Shown: positions 1-10,923 of the stretch, in pieces
Layout: each line of letters starts with the position of its first letter
How positions within the stretch are numbered: the first letter of the stretch is position 1
NCBI GenBank assembly: GCA_027077805.1
Contig: JALWTS010000020.1
Span: 33,814 to 97,813, forward strand
Direction: 5' to 3'
DNA length: 64,000 nt
From: Gammaproteobacteria bacterium
Lineage (GTDB): Bacteria; Pseudomonadota; Gammaproteobacteria; JABHGC01
Program-made: the position numbers and the translations under genes
The notes under the pieces: model-generated
The model's database searches: none
The model's input: the letters and a program-made list of their open reading frames with translations, nothing else
Told to the model about the DNA's origin: nothing

Positions 1-145
1 TAAATGTAGCAACAGTCGATGCCAAGCAACACATTGTCTTGTTAAACCGAGAACATATTCAAAAAATTCAAGCAGATTTAAAACAAGCGAAAATAGCAAT
101 AGCATCAGCATAAGCATAAGTTTAATTAAACATTCAGGAATAATA

Positions 146-829
146 TTGATGAGTATCATGTTAACTCTAGCACCAAGTTGGCAAGCACTATTACAACAAG
201 AATGGCAACAAACCTATTTTCAATCATTATTAGAATTTTTAAACCAAGAACAAAGTCAGGGCCAAACCGTTTATCCACCTAGCGAACAAATATTGACGGC
301 ATTTCAACAATGTCCCTTAGATAAACTTAAAGTGGTCATTTTAGGTCAAGACCCCTATCATGGGGACAATCAAGCCCACGGTTTGGCATTCTCAGTGAAT
401 AAAGATGTTAAAATTCCCCCTTCACTAAAAAATATCTACAAAGAAATCCAACAAGAATTTGGTGGCAATATCCCTAGTCATGGTCATTTAGAAACTTGGA
501 GTCAACAAGGGGTATTATTACTTAATTCGGTGTTAACGGTACGTAAAAAAATGCCTGCTTCTCATGCAGGCAAAGGTTGGGAGATGTTTACAGATAAAGT
601 TATTCGTCAAATTTCTACCCACAAACAAGGGATTATCTTTTTATTATGGGGACGTTATGCCCAACAAAAAGGAAAACATATCGATACCAGTAAACATACG
701 GTATTAACCGCCGCTCATCCGTCCCCATTCTCGGCTAAAAATGGTTTTTTTGGCTGTCAGCATTTTAGCAAAACCAATGATATTTTAAGTTCACAAGGAC
801 AAACCCCCATCGATTGGCAAATACGCTAA
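146..829 (+). CDS. ung: Uracil-DNA glycosylase (family 1)
   Basis: 227-aa ORF with GQDPYHG and HPSPFS family-1 UDG motifs and a typical length. Confidence 0.9.
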   Translation: MMSIMLTLAPSWQALLQQEWQQTYFQSLLEFLNQEQSQGQTVYPPSEQILTAFQQCPLDKLKVVILGQDPYHGDNQAHGLAFSVNKDVKIPPSLKNIYKEIQQEFGGNIPSHGHLETWSQQGVLLLNSVLTVRKKMPASHAGKGWEMFTDKVIRQISTHKQGIIFLLWGRYAQQKGKHIDTSKHTVLTAAHPSPFSAKNGFFGCQHFSKTNDILSSQGQTPIDWQIR

Positions 830-957
830 ATCCATCCCTATCAATCCATAGACATATTCTAATAATTAAACAGTTTTTTCATGAATAAGGTTTCATCATC
901 AAAAAAATAGATTACAATAAATAAGAGACTAAGTTTGAGAAGCAACTAGAGCAAGCT

Positions 958-2919
958 ATGGCAATTCAAGAAGAAATTACTCGATATCATTTGGAAACCC
1001 AAATTCATCGGAGTGATACCAACATTGTTTACTTGGCAGGACAAAAAAACCTTAAGGGAAGAAAGGTTATTGTTAAGGTATTTAAACCTCGTGCGGATTG
1101 TAGTGATGATGGTAAAGATGAACTTTTAGAAAAATTTAAATATGAAGGTCATATTATTACCCAATTAAAGGGTAAAAATGCGTTGATTATTTACGAACTG
1201 GACCAAGGGCGTAATTATCATTACATGGTATTAGAGTACCTATCAGGCGGACCACTTAAACAAAAAATTCCCAATCTCAAACCATTGGACGCTTTAGATT
1301 TATTGGAAAAAATCTGTGCCTGCTTAAAAGATGTGCATCATAGTGGTTATATTCATTGTGATATTAAACCCTCAAATATTATGTTTCGGGAAGATGGTCA
1401 ACCTGTTTTAATTGATTTTGGAATTGCCCAAGAAAAATTATTAAATATCGATGAAGATAATACGACTAGCCTTTTAAATGAAGAAGTGGCTTCTATTGAC
1501 AGTATTTATTCGCAGTATTGTCGTACTCTGGTTGGAACACCCGCTTATATGAGCCCTGAGCAATTAAATTGTGAAATCCTAGATGAACGTACCGATATTT
1601 ACAGTTTAGGCATTGTATTCTATGAAATGCTAACAGGTAAAAAACTATATCGAGCGCGTAATAATGTCTCAGAAATGTTACATGATAGACGCCATTTAGA
1701 ACCAGTGTTACCCCGAGAACTATCGCAATATCAAAGTTTGCTTAACAAAATGACGGCTTATGAACCACAAGATCGTTTTGCCAGTACCGATGAAATAGTG
1801 GATTTTATTGCCCAAACTCGACCTTATAATATTTTTTGGAAAATTCGTAATTTTTCTCAAAAAAAATGGCAAAATTATCAGTTATACTTAAGCAATCATC
1901 CAGAAAAAGCCGTCATTGCCAGTGTTTTAAGCATTGTGGCTTTGCTATTTTTTAGCTATCAAATTGCCTCACTCTTAATTCTACCTTCAATAGAAGATAC
2001 AGAAGACACAGAAAATACACAAAATAATAAAATTTTAGCCAATACCCCCCCAGTGAATACCATCCCTAATTTAATTACCCTAAAACCATTACAACCCAAT
2101 CAAGTAATGACACCAATACCACAACGAGCAATAGAAAGCATTGAACAAACTGAAAATAAGCCACCACAAGATAAACAATCGAATGCAAAGCAAGATAAAG
2201 CTGAAGACGCTATTCCAGAAACCCCTTATTATTTACTTACTTATAGTGAAACTGCGGACGATTTGCAACAAGCCTTGAACAAAGTTTCTTACAAACTAGA
2301 TTTGTCGCCAGAAATTCGTAAAGTCCCATTTTTACCTTATACTTTAGCATATCCTTATATTGTCCCCGCTCAACCCAGGGATCAAATATTTATTGAAATT
2401 CCAACGATTGACGCGGAACGCCTAAAATTAGTCCAACAACAACAACGCAGACAACAAGAAGAAAATCAAGCAACAATCCCAAGCAGCACGCGTAAAAAAC
2501 AAAGAACTAGGCTGACGGATCCAGTTGCAATTAAAAAACAAATTAATATTGATTTAAAACAAGCCTATCGCCACCTACAGAAGGGGAATTTAACGTCGCC
2601 TAAAGAAAACAATGCCTATTATTATTTCTCTGAAGTATTAAAATTAGACAAAAATAACCAACAAGCCATACGTGGTATCAAACGAATTGTTCAAAAACAA
2701 ATTATTTTGACCTCGCAAAAAATTAAGCAAGTTCGCTACAAACAAAGTGGTAGTTCCGCATTTCAACGTTTATCAGAGCAAGCAAATGATTATATCGATG
2801 AAACGGAAAAAATAATCAAAGAGAGTTTGCGTTATCAAAGAAACGATCCACAACTATTACGACATAAAAAGAAAGTAGATGATTTGAAAGTTTTATTAAG
2901 TCAAATAGAATCAAGATAA
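958..2919 (+). CDS. Hanks-type Ser/Thr protein kinase with a central TM helix and a C-terminal TPR-like extracytoplasmic region
   Basis: Catalytic-loop HCDIKPSNIMF, DFG (LIDFGIA) and GTPAYMSPE activation-segment motifs. A hydrophobic helix (AVIASVLSIVALLFFSYQIASLLIL) follows. The C-terminal half has Q-rich tracts and TPR-like AYYYFSEVLKLD repeats. Confidence 0.8.
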   Translation: MAIQEEITRYHLETQIHRSDTNIVYLAGQKNLKGRKVIVKVFKPRADCSDDGKDELLEKFKYEGHIITQLKGKNALIIYELDQGRNYHYMVLEYLSGGPLKQKIPNLKPLDALDLLEKICACLKDVHHSGYIHCDIKPSNIMFREDGQPVLIDFGIAQEKLLNIDEDNTTSLLNEEVASIDSIYSQYCRTLVGTPAYMSPEQLNCEILDERTDIYSLGIVFYEMLTGKKLYRARNNVSEMLHDRRHLEPVLPRELSQYQSLLNKMTAYEPQDRFASTDEIVDFIAQTRPYNIFWKIRNFSQKKWQNYQLYLSNHPEKAVIASVLSIVALLFFSYQIASLLILPSIEDTEDTENTQNNKILANTPPVNTIPNLITLKPLQPNQVMTPIPQRAIESIEQTENKPPQDKQSNAKQDKAEDAIPETPYYLLTYSETADDLQQALNKVSYKLDLSPEIRKVPFLPYTLAYPYIVPAQPRDQIFIEIPTIDAERLKLVQQQQRRQQEENQATIPSSTRKKQRTRLTDPVAIKKQINIDLKQAYRHLQKGNLTSPKENNAYYYFSEVLKLDKNNQQAIRGIKRIVQKQIILTSQKIKQVRYKQSGSSAFQRLSEQANDYIDETEKIIKESLRYQRNDPQLLRHKKKVDDLKVLLSQIESR

Positions 2920-2936
2920 TTAAACACAAAACTTAA

Positions 2937-3584
2937 CTAGCACTCATTCTGGTTTTGAACGTCTGATGGTAAAATACCCGTTAATATTGCCATTTGTACT
3001 AGTTCAGGCAAGGAATGGGCTTCCATTTTATCCATGACTTTAGCCCGATGAGCTTCAACAGTTTTCGCACTAACATTCATAGTCGCGGCAATAGTTTTAT
3101 TTGATTTGCCTTGAACGACCATCACCATTACCTCACGCTCTCGTTTCGTAATTTTCTTAAATTTAGCCAAGACCCGATTCTTTTTCGCCCATTGTTGTTG
3201 TTGTTGTTTATCCACTTCAATGGCTTTATTAATACAATCTAAGATCACTTGGTCATTAAAAGGTTTTTCAATAAAATCAATCGCACCTGCTTTCATTGCT
3301 TTGACGGCCATAGGCACATCCCCATGCCCTGTAATAATAATCACAGGTATCATAATCTGCTGTTGCTTTAGATGCTGTTGTAGTTCTAAACCACTCATCC
3401 CCGACATTCTCACATCTATTAATACACAACCTCGTTGCTTCTGTTGATAATTATCCAGAAACGCTTGAGCTGAATCATAGGTTTTAACATTTAAATTAAC
3501 GGATTCGATTAAGTAAACTAAGGAACTGCGTATCGCAGCATCATCATCGACAATAAATACCGTTATTTGATTATCCTCTATCAT
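2937..3584 (-). CDS. Two-component response regulator, FixJ/LuxR family (REC + LuxR HTH)
   Basis: N-terminal receiver VFIVDDDAAIRSSL...D; C-terminal LuxR-type HTH REREVMVMVVQGKSNKTIAATMNVSAKTVEAHRAKVMDKM; internal poly-Q. Confidence 0.85.
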   Translation of the reverse strand: MIEDNQITVFIVDDDAAIRSSLVYLIESVNLNVKTYDSAQAFLDNYQQKQRGCVLIDVRMSGMSGLELQQHLKQQQIMIPVIIITGHGDVPMAVKAMKAGAIDFIEKPFNDQVILDCINKAIEVDKQQQQQWAKKNRVLAKFKKITKREREVMVMVVQGKSNKTIAATMNVSAKTVEAHRAKVMDKMEAHSLPELVQMAILTGILPSDVQNQNEC

Positions 3585-3587
3585 TGC

Positions 3588-6188
3588 TTACCTCGAATAT
3601 TTTTCCTGTCGTTTGATCAAAGGTAGGTTCATAAAAAAAGTCGTGCCTTTGCCTAAGTCCGATTTTGCGGACAAATGACCTTGATGATCTTGGATAATGG
3701 ATTGACTAATGGCCAATCCCATTCCCATACCATCAGATTTAGTTGTAAAAAAAGGATGAAATAATAAATCCAACACGTTTTGCGCCATACCCGGCCCTGT
3801 ATCACGCAATTTTAATAAAGCATACTGATTATCACGCTTAGTTTCAATATAAATACGTCGTATAGGCGGATTAAACTCATCAATGGCTTCTAAAGCATTA
3901 CGAATCAAATTAAGTAAGACTTGCTCAATTTGTACCGTATCAACCGAAACCTTTAATAACTGTTTGGATAGTTTTAGTACAACTTTCACTTGATATTTTT
4001 TAATTTCAAAATCAATAAAATTAATCGTATCCATTACAATGGCATTTAAATCGGTTTCAGCCTTTAAAAAGCCTCGCTTTCTAACTAAATTACGCAAACG
4101 TTTAATAATCTCCCCAGCACGTTCTGCCTGAGTGGACACTTGATCCATTGCCTCTAATAAAGAATCGGCTTGAGAATTACCATTTTGTTGTATACGCCGA
4201 ATACTACCTTTGGCATAATTAACAATGGCAGTTAAAGGTTGGTTTAATTCATGGGCTAAACCTGTCGCAACTTCTCCCATCGTGCTTAAACGACACACAT
4301 GTACCAATTCATTTTGGTGTTGATGGGCAATTTCTTCCGCCTCCCGAATAGCAGTAATATCACGACCATACACATTAATATATTGTTGATCTGTCATAGG
4401 AGCAAATAACAATGAAAAATAATGTTGCTGACAAGAAACCTCTTTTTCTTTGGATTGATTCGAATAATAAACCGTTTCAATTAACTGTTTCCAATAAAGT
4501 GGTAAGGTCTGACCAATATTGCAACCCCAATAATCTAACAATTCACGGCTAGTACGATTGGCAAATAATAATACCCCTTTATTCGTAATCCGTAACATAG
4601 GACTCGGACTTTCCTGGGGAAATTTGGCTAAACTTCTAAATTCTTTTTCTCGTTGTTTTAAACGAGTAATATTGTGTAAAAATGCGGTAAACAAACGTCT
4701 TTTACCTAAGGTAATCGGTCGGATTGCCAATTCCATTAATAACTCAGAACCATCAGAATGCCAAGCCTGTATTTCTAGGTCTCTGGCAGACTTGCTATAA
4801 GGATGTTTAAGATAACGCATGAGTTTACGCTGATATTGTTCTCTTAAACGTGGTGGAATAACGACATTAACCACTAATTGCCCCTTAACTTCATCCGCTA
4901 CACAGCCAAACGTTTGTTCGGCAGCATGGTTAAATTCAATAATATATCCTTGCTGATCAATAGTAATAATGCAATCTAATACGGCATCTAATACTAAAGT
5001 TTTTAGGGCATTACTCTCATTAAGCTGTTTTTGATGTTGAATTTCCAATGCTTTTTTAGAGGCCATGACCGCATCCATCAACCATTGAATTCGTTTATCC
5101 AGTAATATCAACTGATTTTTTGACGGAAATGTTGGGCAAGGATGTTTCAAGGAATCTTTGGAAAAAAGTTCAATTCGCTGTAATAAGCGACTCAGAAAAA
5201 ATGAAATAAATAGTAAAATTGAGGTTAAAATAATCAAATGTGAAATCGCAGCTAAGCTATGCCATTTTTGGGCTAACTGTAATAAATAGGAATAAAATTC
5301 ATTACTCTCTTGTTTAGGCATTAATACCAAAAATTGTAAGGACAAATTTGCCGCACCCAGCTTAGGTAACTGTTGTTGCATCATCACATAATCAGACTTT
5401 AACTGTCCTAACCTTGATCCGACTGGAACCTTATCAATATTACTACTAGCAACAATCGCCTGAATATTGCCATTAAAAATCACACTTATAACGCCTTGAG
5501 CCTTAGGTTGTTCTGTAAAACCAGAAAAATCACTGTTTAAAGGTAATACAAGCATAAGATATGCTAAGGTCTGCTTCTCCACAAATACAGGCGTTAGCAA
5601 TAAAATATGAGGCATATCTGCTATCATTGCCAAATGAAATTTAGGATTAATATATCCTATATCAACCTTAAGTAAAGTATCAGGGATTGCTGGTCCAAGC
5701 AAGTGATAAACTTCTTTTAAATCATGAAGTTGGTCAAATAATAACACATAATACGGTTGAAATTGTTGTTTATCAATATACTTCAACCATAATGGCTGTT
5801 GCGCTACATCATACTGTTTGGGTTGATTATATTCTTTTGACCATAATGATTGTTTTTGTTTTAGTTCTGTTACCAAATGATAGTTCTGGGCTAATTGGGC
5901 TGTTTGGTAAACATATTGATCGATTTCTTGATTGAAAAATTTAATACTATCTTCTGCCCGTTGTTCTAAAACATCGAACAAATGCTTTGATAATACTGGT
6001 GCTAAATTTTCTTGTTGAATTGAAAAAATAACAATGGCAACAATAAACCCTAAGCCAATTGCAATCATAAAAGCTTGCAAAGCAAAAGGAATTGAATACA
6101 AAATATTCAGTCCTTTATCAAAAAGATGTGAAATTCTAGTCGTAACGGAAATTTGATGTAATGATTGCATACGACATATATTAAGCAT
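3588..6188 (-). CDS. Sensor histidine kinase with periplasmic sensing domain and PAS domains (FixL-like partner of the adjacent RR)
   Basis: TM helix, PAS-like segments, HisKA H-box (GLAHELNQPLTAI) and HATPase_c G-boxes (DTGPGM, GMGLGLAI). The stop is 4 nt from the RR start. The start was moved from 6224 to an internal Met because a terminator hairpin overlaps the 6224 start. Confidence 0.75.
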   Translation of the reverse strand: MLNICRMQSLHQISVTTRISHLFDKGLNILYSIPFALQAFMIAIGLGFIVAIVIFSIQQENLAPVLSKHLFDVLEQRAEDSIKFFNQEIDQYVYQTAQLAQNYHLVTELKQKQSLWSKEYNQPKQYDVAQQPLWLKYIDKQQFQPYYVLLFDQLHDLKEVYHLLGPAIPDTLLKVDIGYINPKFHLAMIADMPHILLLTPVFVEKQTLAYLMLVLPLNSDFSGFTEQPKAQGVISVIFNGNIQAIVASSNIDKVPVGSRLGQLKSDYVMMQQQLPKLGAANLSLQFLVLMPKQESNEFYSYLLQLAQKWHSLAAISHLIILTSILLFISFFLSRLLQRIELFSKDSLKHPCPTFPSKNQLILLDKRIQWLMDAVMASKKALEIQHQKQLNESNALKTLVLDAVLDCIITIDQQGYIIEFNHAAEQTFGCVADEVKGQLVVNVVIPPRLREQYQRKLMRYLKHPYSKSARDLEIQAWHSDGSELLMELAIRPITLGKRRLFTAFLHNITRLKQREKEFRSLAKFPQESPSPMLRITNKGVLLFANRTSRELLDYWGCNIGQTLPLYWKQLIETVYYSNQSKEKEVSCQQHYFSLLFAPMTDQQYINVYGRDITAIREAEEIAHQHQNELVHVCRLSTMGEVATGLAHELNQPLTAIVNYAKGSIRRIQQNGNSQADSLLEAMDQVSTQAERAGEIIKRLRNLVRKRGFLKAETDLNAIVMDTINFIDFEIKKYQVKVVLKLSKQLLKVSVDTVQIEQVLLNLIRNALEAIDEFNPPIRRIYIETKRDNQYALLKLRDTGPGMAQNVLDLLFHPFFTTKSDGMGMGLAISQSIIQDHQGHLSAKSDLGKGTTFFMNLPLIKRQEKYSR

Positions 6189-6208
6189 TACGACACTAAC
6201 AAACAAGC

Positions 6209-6235
6209 AAAAAAAAGGTTGCAATCAATGCAACC
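6209..6235 (-). terminator. Rho-independent terminator downstream of the PilZ gene
   Basis: Hairpin GGTTGCA-atcaa-TGCAACC followed on the minus strand by a T8 run. Confidence 0.5.
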
Positions 6236-6277
6236 TAATTAACTAGCAAAAAACTAGGATGGGCTATTTTTTAAGAA

Positions 6278-6619
6278 CTAAGAACATCGTTGCCAAACAT
6301 GGTTCTGATTTTGTCCGTATAACAAAAATCTTAAGGCCAAATAGGCTAAATTATCAATTGAATCAAACATGACACCAATGCCCTCTTTTGAGACATGGGC
6401 GACATAACCACTGACCTGATGTAATCGAGTTTCACCATTAAATTCTAAACGAAAGGCTAATTCCAATTTTGCATCCAAAGGCAAAATTACTTGACCAATA
6501 TTAACCAACATTCCATCCAAACCAACATTTTTGGTTTCGCCTTTCACTAAACCTAGACCAGAATAATTTAAAATCACATCTAACACGACTGATTTTCGTA
6601 AATTCCAACGTTTTTCCAT
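6278..6619 (-). CDS. PilZ-domain protein (c-di-GMP binding type)
   Basis: 113 aa; N-terminal RxxxR-like motif (NLRKSVVL) and D/S-G core (KNVGLDGMLVNIG) typical of PilZ. Confidence 0.55.
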   Translation of the reverse strand: MEKRWNLRKSVVLDVILNYSGLGLVKGETKNVGLDGMLVNIGQVILPLDAKLELAFRLEFNGETRLHQVSGYVAHVSKEGIGVMFDSIDNLAYLALRFLLYGQNQNHVWQRCS

Positions 6620-6763
6620 CTATTCCTCCAAGGTTATGAGATAAGATACAGTTTATTTTTAGACCAAAATAAAAAATAATCCTATACAGTGAAATACTAA
6701 ATTTTCTAGGGATATTCCCTATCCACAGAGCTTATGAATTATCCCACAACGATAATATTTTAA

Positions 6764-8842
6764 TTAATGACTTTCTGTTTTAAATAAAAATTGTTCCAGT
6801 GATTCCAAAGTTTTAATCGGTGCTAAACACTGTTGCCCTTGACAAATATAAGCAATAACTTGACCATGTTCACTAGGCTTTTGTAATGCAGGAGGTAAAT
6901 CTAGCTGATATTTGCTATCAATTGCAAAGACTAAGCGATGAGGGGTATAAAATTGCTGACAACGTTGTTGCCATGCTGTTAATTGTTGACCTTGCCCTCT
7001 TAAAATAATTACCTCAGGTGCTTGTAAGTATTCCTCTAACACAGTCAACACCGCATGATACGCAGACGGGTATTGATTAAGCAATGACCATGAAAATTGC
7101 AACATGGCATCAACAGAGTGCAAATATTTTGGCTTAGCCAACAAATAGCCTAAGCGTAATAAACTTAAACCCGCAATACCATTAGCCGCAGGAATGGCTT
7201 CATCACTTAAAGTTTTAGGGCGATAAATTAAATTTTCATGCTGATGTGCCGTAAAATAAAACCCTCCTTGACTTTTATCTTCAAAGGCAAGCAATAACTG
7301 CTCTGCAAGCTCAATCGCCCATTGTAACCATTGCAAATTCCATTGAGTTTGCAGTGATTCTAATAAAGCATCTAATAAAAATCCATAATCATATAAATAC
7401 CCCTGCAAATGATGAGTCGCTAATAATTGAGGGGATTGCCAAAACTGTTGGTAAATGAATTTTAGGGCTTGTTCTGCGGAATCAATATATTTTTGATGAT
7501 TTAACACTCGCCCTGCCTTTAACATCCCTTTAATCATTAAGGCATTCCAAGCCGTTAAAATTTTGCTGTCTTTATTGGGTGCTATCCGTTGTTGGCGTAC
7601 TGAATATAAAATATCCCTAGCTTGATTTAAATGTACCTCAACGCTTGCAATATCAAGATTTAAACGTTTGGCTAATTGTTCTGAATTAAGATAACGATGC
7701 AAATGCCAAGCACCTTCAAAATTAGCGGTTTTATCCAAACCAAACCCAGCGAGTACAGTTTTAGCAATCTCATCAGGTAATAAGGCTTGTACTTGCTCAG
7801 CTTGCCATAAATAAAATTTGCCTTCTTCGCCTTCGGAATCGGCATCAATACTAGAATAATACCCCCCCGATTCCGCTTGCATTTCATTGATTGCCCATTG
7901 TGCGGTTAAATTAATGGTTTCAGCAAATAATGGCTTGGCTTGGATTTGATACGCATCCACATAAACTGATAATAACAAGCCATTATCATATAACATTTTT
8001 TCAAAATGGGGAATCATCCATTGTTCATCGGTAGAATACCGACAAAAGCCACCACCGATATGGTCAAATAACCCACCCAATGCCATTTTTTCTAAACTAT
8101 ACATTGCCATATATAAAGCATTGCCCCCTTGTTGGGGATTTGAAAACCAAGCATGAAACAAACGTTCAATATTCCCTGGATAGGGAAATTTCGGTGCTGA
8201 CCCAAATCCACCAAAATTTGCATCAAAACTCTGGGCTAATTGTTGCACAGCCACCTCTAAAGGAGCCGAATTTAATGACTTTTTATCCACTTGTTCTGAT
8301 TGGTAAATCCTCTTAATGGATTGCATTAACACTTGATTTTGCTTATTCACATCATCACGACGCTGTTGATAAAAATCAGAAACTCGTTGCAAAATATCTC
8401 GAAATGCGGGCATTTGGTAGTGAGCTTGCTTGGGAAAATAAGTCCCTGCAAAAAACGGAATTTGTTTATCTGGCGATAAAAACATGGTTAACGGCCAACC
8501 GCCCCCACCTTGCATTAAAATTTGATGAGCGGTTTGATAAACTTTATCTAAATCGGGTCGTTCTTCTCTATCGACTTTAATATTAATAAACAAACGATTC
8601 ATTATTTCGGCCGTTTCTGGATCATCAAATGATTCATGTGCCATCACATGACACCAATGACAAGCAGAATAACCAATGGACAATAAAATCGGTTTATCCT
8701 GTTGTTTTGCCAAAGTTAAGGCTTCGTCACCCCAGATATGCCAATCCACAGGTTGATGGGCATGTTGCAATAAATAAGGACTGCTTGCAGTTGCCAAACG
8801 ATTTGTATAAGATTCTGAGGCTGAAGACATAAATTCACTCAC
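6764..8842 (-). CDS. Thioredoxin-domain protein YyaL (DUF255 N-terminus + alpha/alpha-toroid domain)
   Basis: 692 aa; SACHWCHVM thioredoxin-like motif near the N-terminus; length and architecture match the YyaL/spermatogenesis-associated-20 family. Confidence 0.8.
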   Translation of the reverse strand: MSEFMSSASESYTNRLATASSPYLLQHAHQPVDWHIWGDEALTLAKQQDKPILLSIGYSACHWCHVMAHESFDDPETAEIMNRLFINIKVDREERPDLDKVYQTAHQILMQGGGGWPLTMFLSPDKQIPFFAGTYFPKQAHYQMPAFRDILQRVSDFYQQRRDDVNKQNQVLMQSIKRIYQSEQVDKKSLNSAPLEVAVQQLAQSFDANFGGFGSAPKFPYPGNIERLFHAWFSNPQQGGNALYMAMYSLEKMALGGLFDHIGGGFCRYSTDEQWMIPHFEKMLYDNGLLLSVYVDAYQIQAKPLFAETINLTAQWAINEMQAESGGYYSSIDADSEGEEGKFYLWQAEQVQALLPDEIAKTVLAGFGLDKTANFEGAWHLHRYLNSEQLAKRLNLDIASVEVHLNQARDILYSVRQQRIAPNKDSKILTAWNALMIKGMLKAGRVLNHQKYIDSAEQALKFIYQQFWQSPQLLATHHLQGYLYDYGFLLDALLESLQTQWNLQWLQWAIELAEQLLLAFEDKSQGGFYFTAHQHENLIYRPKTLSDEAIPAANGIAGLSLLRLGYLLAKPKYLHSVDAMLQFSWSLLNQYPSAYHAVLTVLEEYLQAPEVIILRGQGQQLTAWQQRCQQFYTPHRLVFAIDSKYQLDLPPALQKPSEHGQVIAYICQGQQCLAPIKTLESLEQFLFKTESH

Positions 8843-8901
8843 TTTTGATCATTTACTACTAAAATAAAGACTATTTTCTAAATAACAACGTTGGATATTT
8901 T

Positions 8902-9684
8902 ATGCTTATCTATCCCGAGATTAATCCTGTTGCCATTGCCATTGGGCCTATTAAAATTCATTGGTATGGCATTATGTATTTACTTGGCTTTTTAGGAGGT
9001 TGGACTTTAGCGACCTATCGCAGCAAGCGAGCCAATTCAGGATGGCATAAAACCCAAATTGATGATTTATTGTTTTATATTGTACTGGGTATTATTTTGG
9101 GTGGTCGCATTGGCTATATGTTATTTTATCATCCCACGATTTTATTAGAAAACCCCTTAAAATTATTGATGATCTGGCAAGGGGGTATGTCCTTTCATGG
9201 TGGATTGATTGGCGTATTAATTGCCATGGCATTATATGCCAAAAAAATTAACAAAACATTTTTTATGGTCACTGATTTTATTGCCCCATTTGTTCCCATC
9301 GGTTTGTTTACAGGTCGTATTGGTAATTTTATCAATGGTGAACTCTGGGGACACCCCACGGATTTACCGTGGGCAATGGTATTTCCGCATGTCGATAATC
9401 TACCCCGCCACCCTTCGCAACTCTATGAAGCCTTATTGGAAGGCTTAGTATTGTTTATTATCCTTTGGATTTATTCTCGCAAGCCTCGTCCTAGAATGGC
9501 AGTATCGGGATTATTTTTATTAGGATATGGCTGTTTTCGCTTTGCGGTCGAATGGGCAAGACAACCGGATTCACATTTAGGTTATCTTGCCTTTAATTGG
9601 CTCACAATGGGACAAGCCTTAAGTTTACCTATGATTGTTATTGGTATCATACTATTAGGTCTTGCTTATATCAGAAAACAGTAA
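8902..9684 (+). CDS. lgt: Prolipoprotein diacylglyceryl transferase
   Basis: 260-aa polytopic membrane protein with Lgt signature regions ([30 protein letters not shown]). Confidence 0.9.
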   Translation: MLIYPEINPVAIAIGPIKIHWYGIMYLLGFLGGWTLATYRSKRANSGWHKTQIDDLLFYIVLGIILGGRIGYMLFYHPTILLENPLKLLMIWQGGMSFHGGLIGVLIAMALYAKKINKTFFMVTDFIAPFVPIGLFTGRIGNFINGELWGHPTDLPWAMVFPHVDNLPRHPSQLYEALLEGLVLFIILWIYSRKPRPRMAVSGLFLLGYGCFRFAVEWARQPDSHLGYLAFNWLTMGQALSLPMIVIGIILLGLAYIRKQ

Positions 9685-9802
9685 TGTTTTAATATTCTCA
9701 TCGATTAAAACCAACCGTTTATCCTATATTTGCTATTAAATTTCAACTACACTTAATACAATGCAGGCCTTACTTAAGACTTGTTAATATCATATTGAAC
9801 TT

Positions 9803-10849
9803 TTGAAGGAGAAATGGATGAGAAGATGGGGCATAATTTCAAGCTTGTTATTACTTTTTAGTTTACAAACTGCTTATGCGGCAAGTTGTCCAAACAACAC
9901 ACTTTGTGACTTAGAACTTAATATGCTGAAAACAGGAAAAACTGGCAGTTCCAATTGGGACTATGTTAATAGAGATTTTCGTGTACATATTCCTACTGCA
10001 GCACGTTCAGCACCTAATGGTGCTAGTGTGTTATTTGTATTTCATGGTAGTAATGGGGATGATGCAGAAAAAATATCAGAATACAGCGAATTTACACCTT
10101 TAAGTAAACAACATGGTTTTATTGTTGTTTACCCACTGGGTATTAATAAATGGTCAAATGGCCCTCATTGGAATGATAATCGCAAAGAGTTTGCATGGCA
10201 TTATAACAATATTGATGATATTGCTTTTGTTTATCATATATTAGATTATCTTGAACAAGATTTAGGCGTAACTGTCGATCGTACTCATGTGTTTGGTGCA
10301 GGAATGTCCAATGGTGGTGTGTTTGTACATTGGGCAGCTTGTAAAGATCCAAATCTTTTTAGAGCAATCGCCAGTGTATCGGCATCAATGAGTGCTGATA
10401 TGTATAATAACCAATGTCAAAATGCACCAGCAAAACCCACTTTAATGATCTTTGGGAACAAAGATAAAACCATGCCTTATGACAGTGATGGCGTTTTGGG
10501 TAAAAAAGGTGATGGCGTGTCCGTATTTAAAGCATTAGGTTTAAGAGGTCGTTTAAATAGTTGTAGCCAACAAACTGAAACGGCATGGAAAAATCTAAAT
10601 AATCAAGCTTCAGTTATTGATAATGTGAAAAAAGTTCCAGGATCTGATCGTAAGGAAAAAACTACTTATAGCCAAATTGATGGTAATTGTGTCGTACCCG
10701 TACGTTATATTGAAGCCCAAGAAGCAGGTCATCGTTGGCATAAAATGAATCAACCTAAAGAAGCATTAGACTTCATACCTAGTTTTCGAGTAGGTCGTGA
10801 ATTTAATAGTCAAGATAAAATCGTTGAGTTTTTTGCTCAAAATTGGTAA
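9803..10849 (+). CDS. Secreted esterase, poly(3-hydroxybutyrate) depolymerase / LpqC-like family
   Basis: Signal peptide, alpha/beta-hydrolase nucleophile elbow GAGMSNGG, HG oxyanion motif (FVFHGSNGD). Confidence 0.55.
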   Translation: MKEKWMRRWGIISSLLLLFSLQTAYAASCPNNTLCDLELNMLKTGKTGSSNWDYVNRDFRVHIPTAARSAPNGASVLFVFHGSNGDDAEKISEYSEFTPLSKQHGFIVVYPLGINKWSNGPHWNDNRKEFAWHYNNIDDIAFVYHILDYLEQDLGVTVDRTHVFGAGMSNGGVFVHWAACKDPNLFRAIASVSASMSADMYNNQCQNAPAKPTLMIFGNKDKTMPYDSDGVLGKKGDGVSVFKALGLRGRLNSCSQQTETAWKNLNNQASVIDNVKKVPGSDRKEKTTYSQIDGNCVVPVRYIEAQEAGHRWHKMNQPKEALDFIPSFRVGREFNSQDKIVEFFAQNW

Positions 10850-10888
10850 TCAATCAACTAGCAAAAAATTCAATACTCTGCTAATCTC

Positions 10889-10923
10889 GACAGACAGTAG
10901 CCTGACTACTGTCTGTTTTTTTT
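10889..10923 (+). terminator. Rho-independent terminator after the esterase gene
   Basis: Hairpin GACAGACAGTAG-cctga-CTACTGTCTGT followed by a T9 run. Confidence 0.6.

Noticed and set aside
1-113. Apparent 3' end of a plus-strand gene (…KIQADLKQAKIAIASA*) at the window edge
   Set aside because: Too short to identify; reported only as a partial upstream CDS.
3220-3447. 75-aa plus-strand ORF inside the response-regulator gene, with similar antisense ORFs at 4558-4800, 5687-5935, 7672-7887, 8080-8316, 8629-8832, 13492-13770, 18015-18218, 18718-18963, 20087-20296, 21046-21285, 22934-23125, 24996-25199, 25173-25559, 25446-25769, 26101-26487, 38208-38408, 43092-43509, 45072-45386, 56477-56659, 58132-58320, 59672-60122 and 62954-63625
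   Set aside because: All lie entirely within, and antisense to or out of frame with, well-supported longer genes. They have Cys- or Ile-rich low-complexity translations and no RBS, so they are shadow ORFs.
6189-6224. Annotated 878-aa start of the histidine kinase at 6224
   Set aside because: A terminator hairpin (GGTTGCA...TGCAACC plus T8) for the upstream PilZ gene overlaps this start. An internal Met (6188 or 6170) is more plausible.
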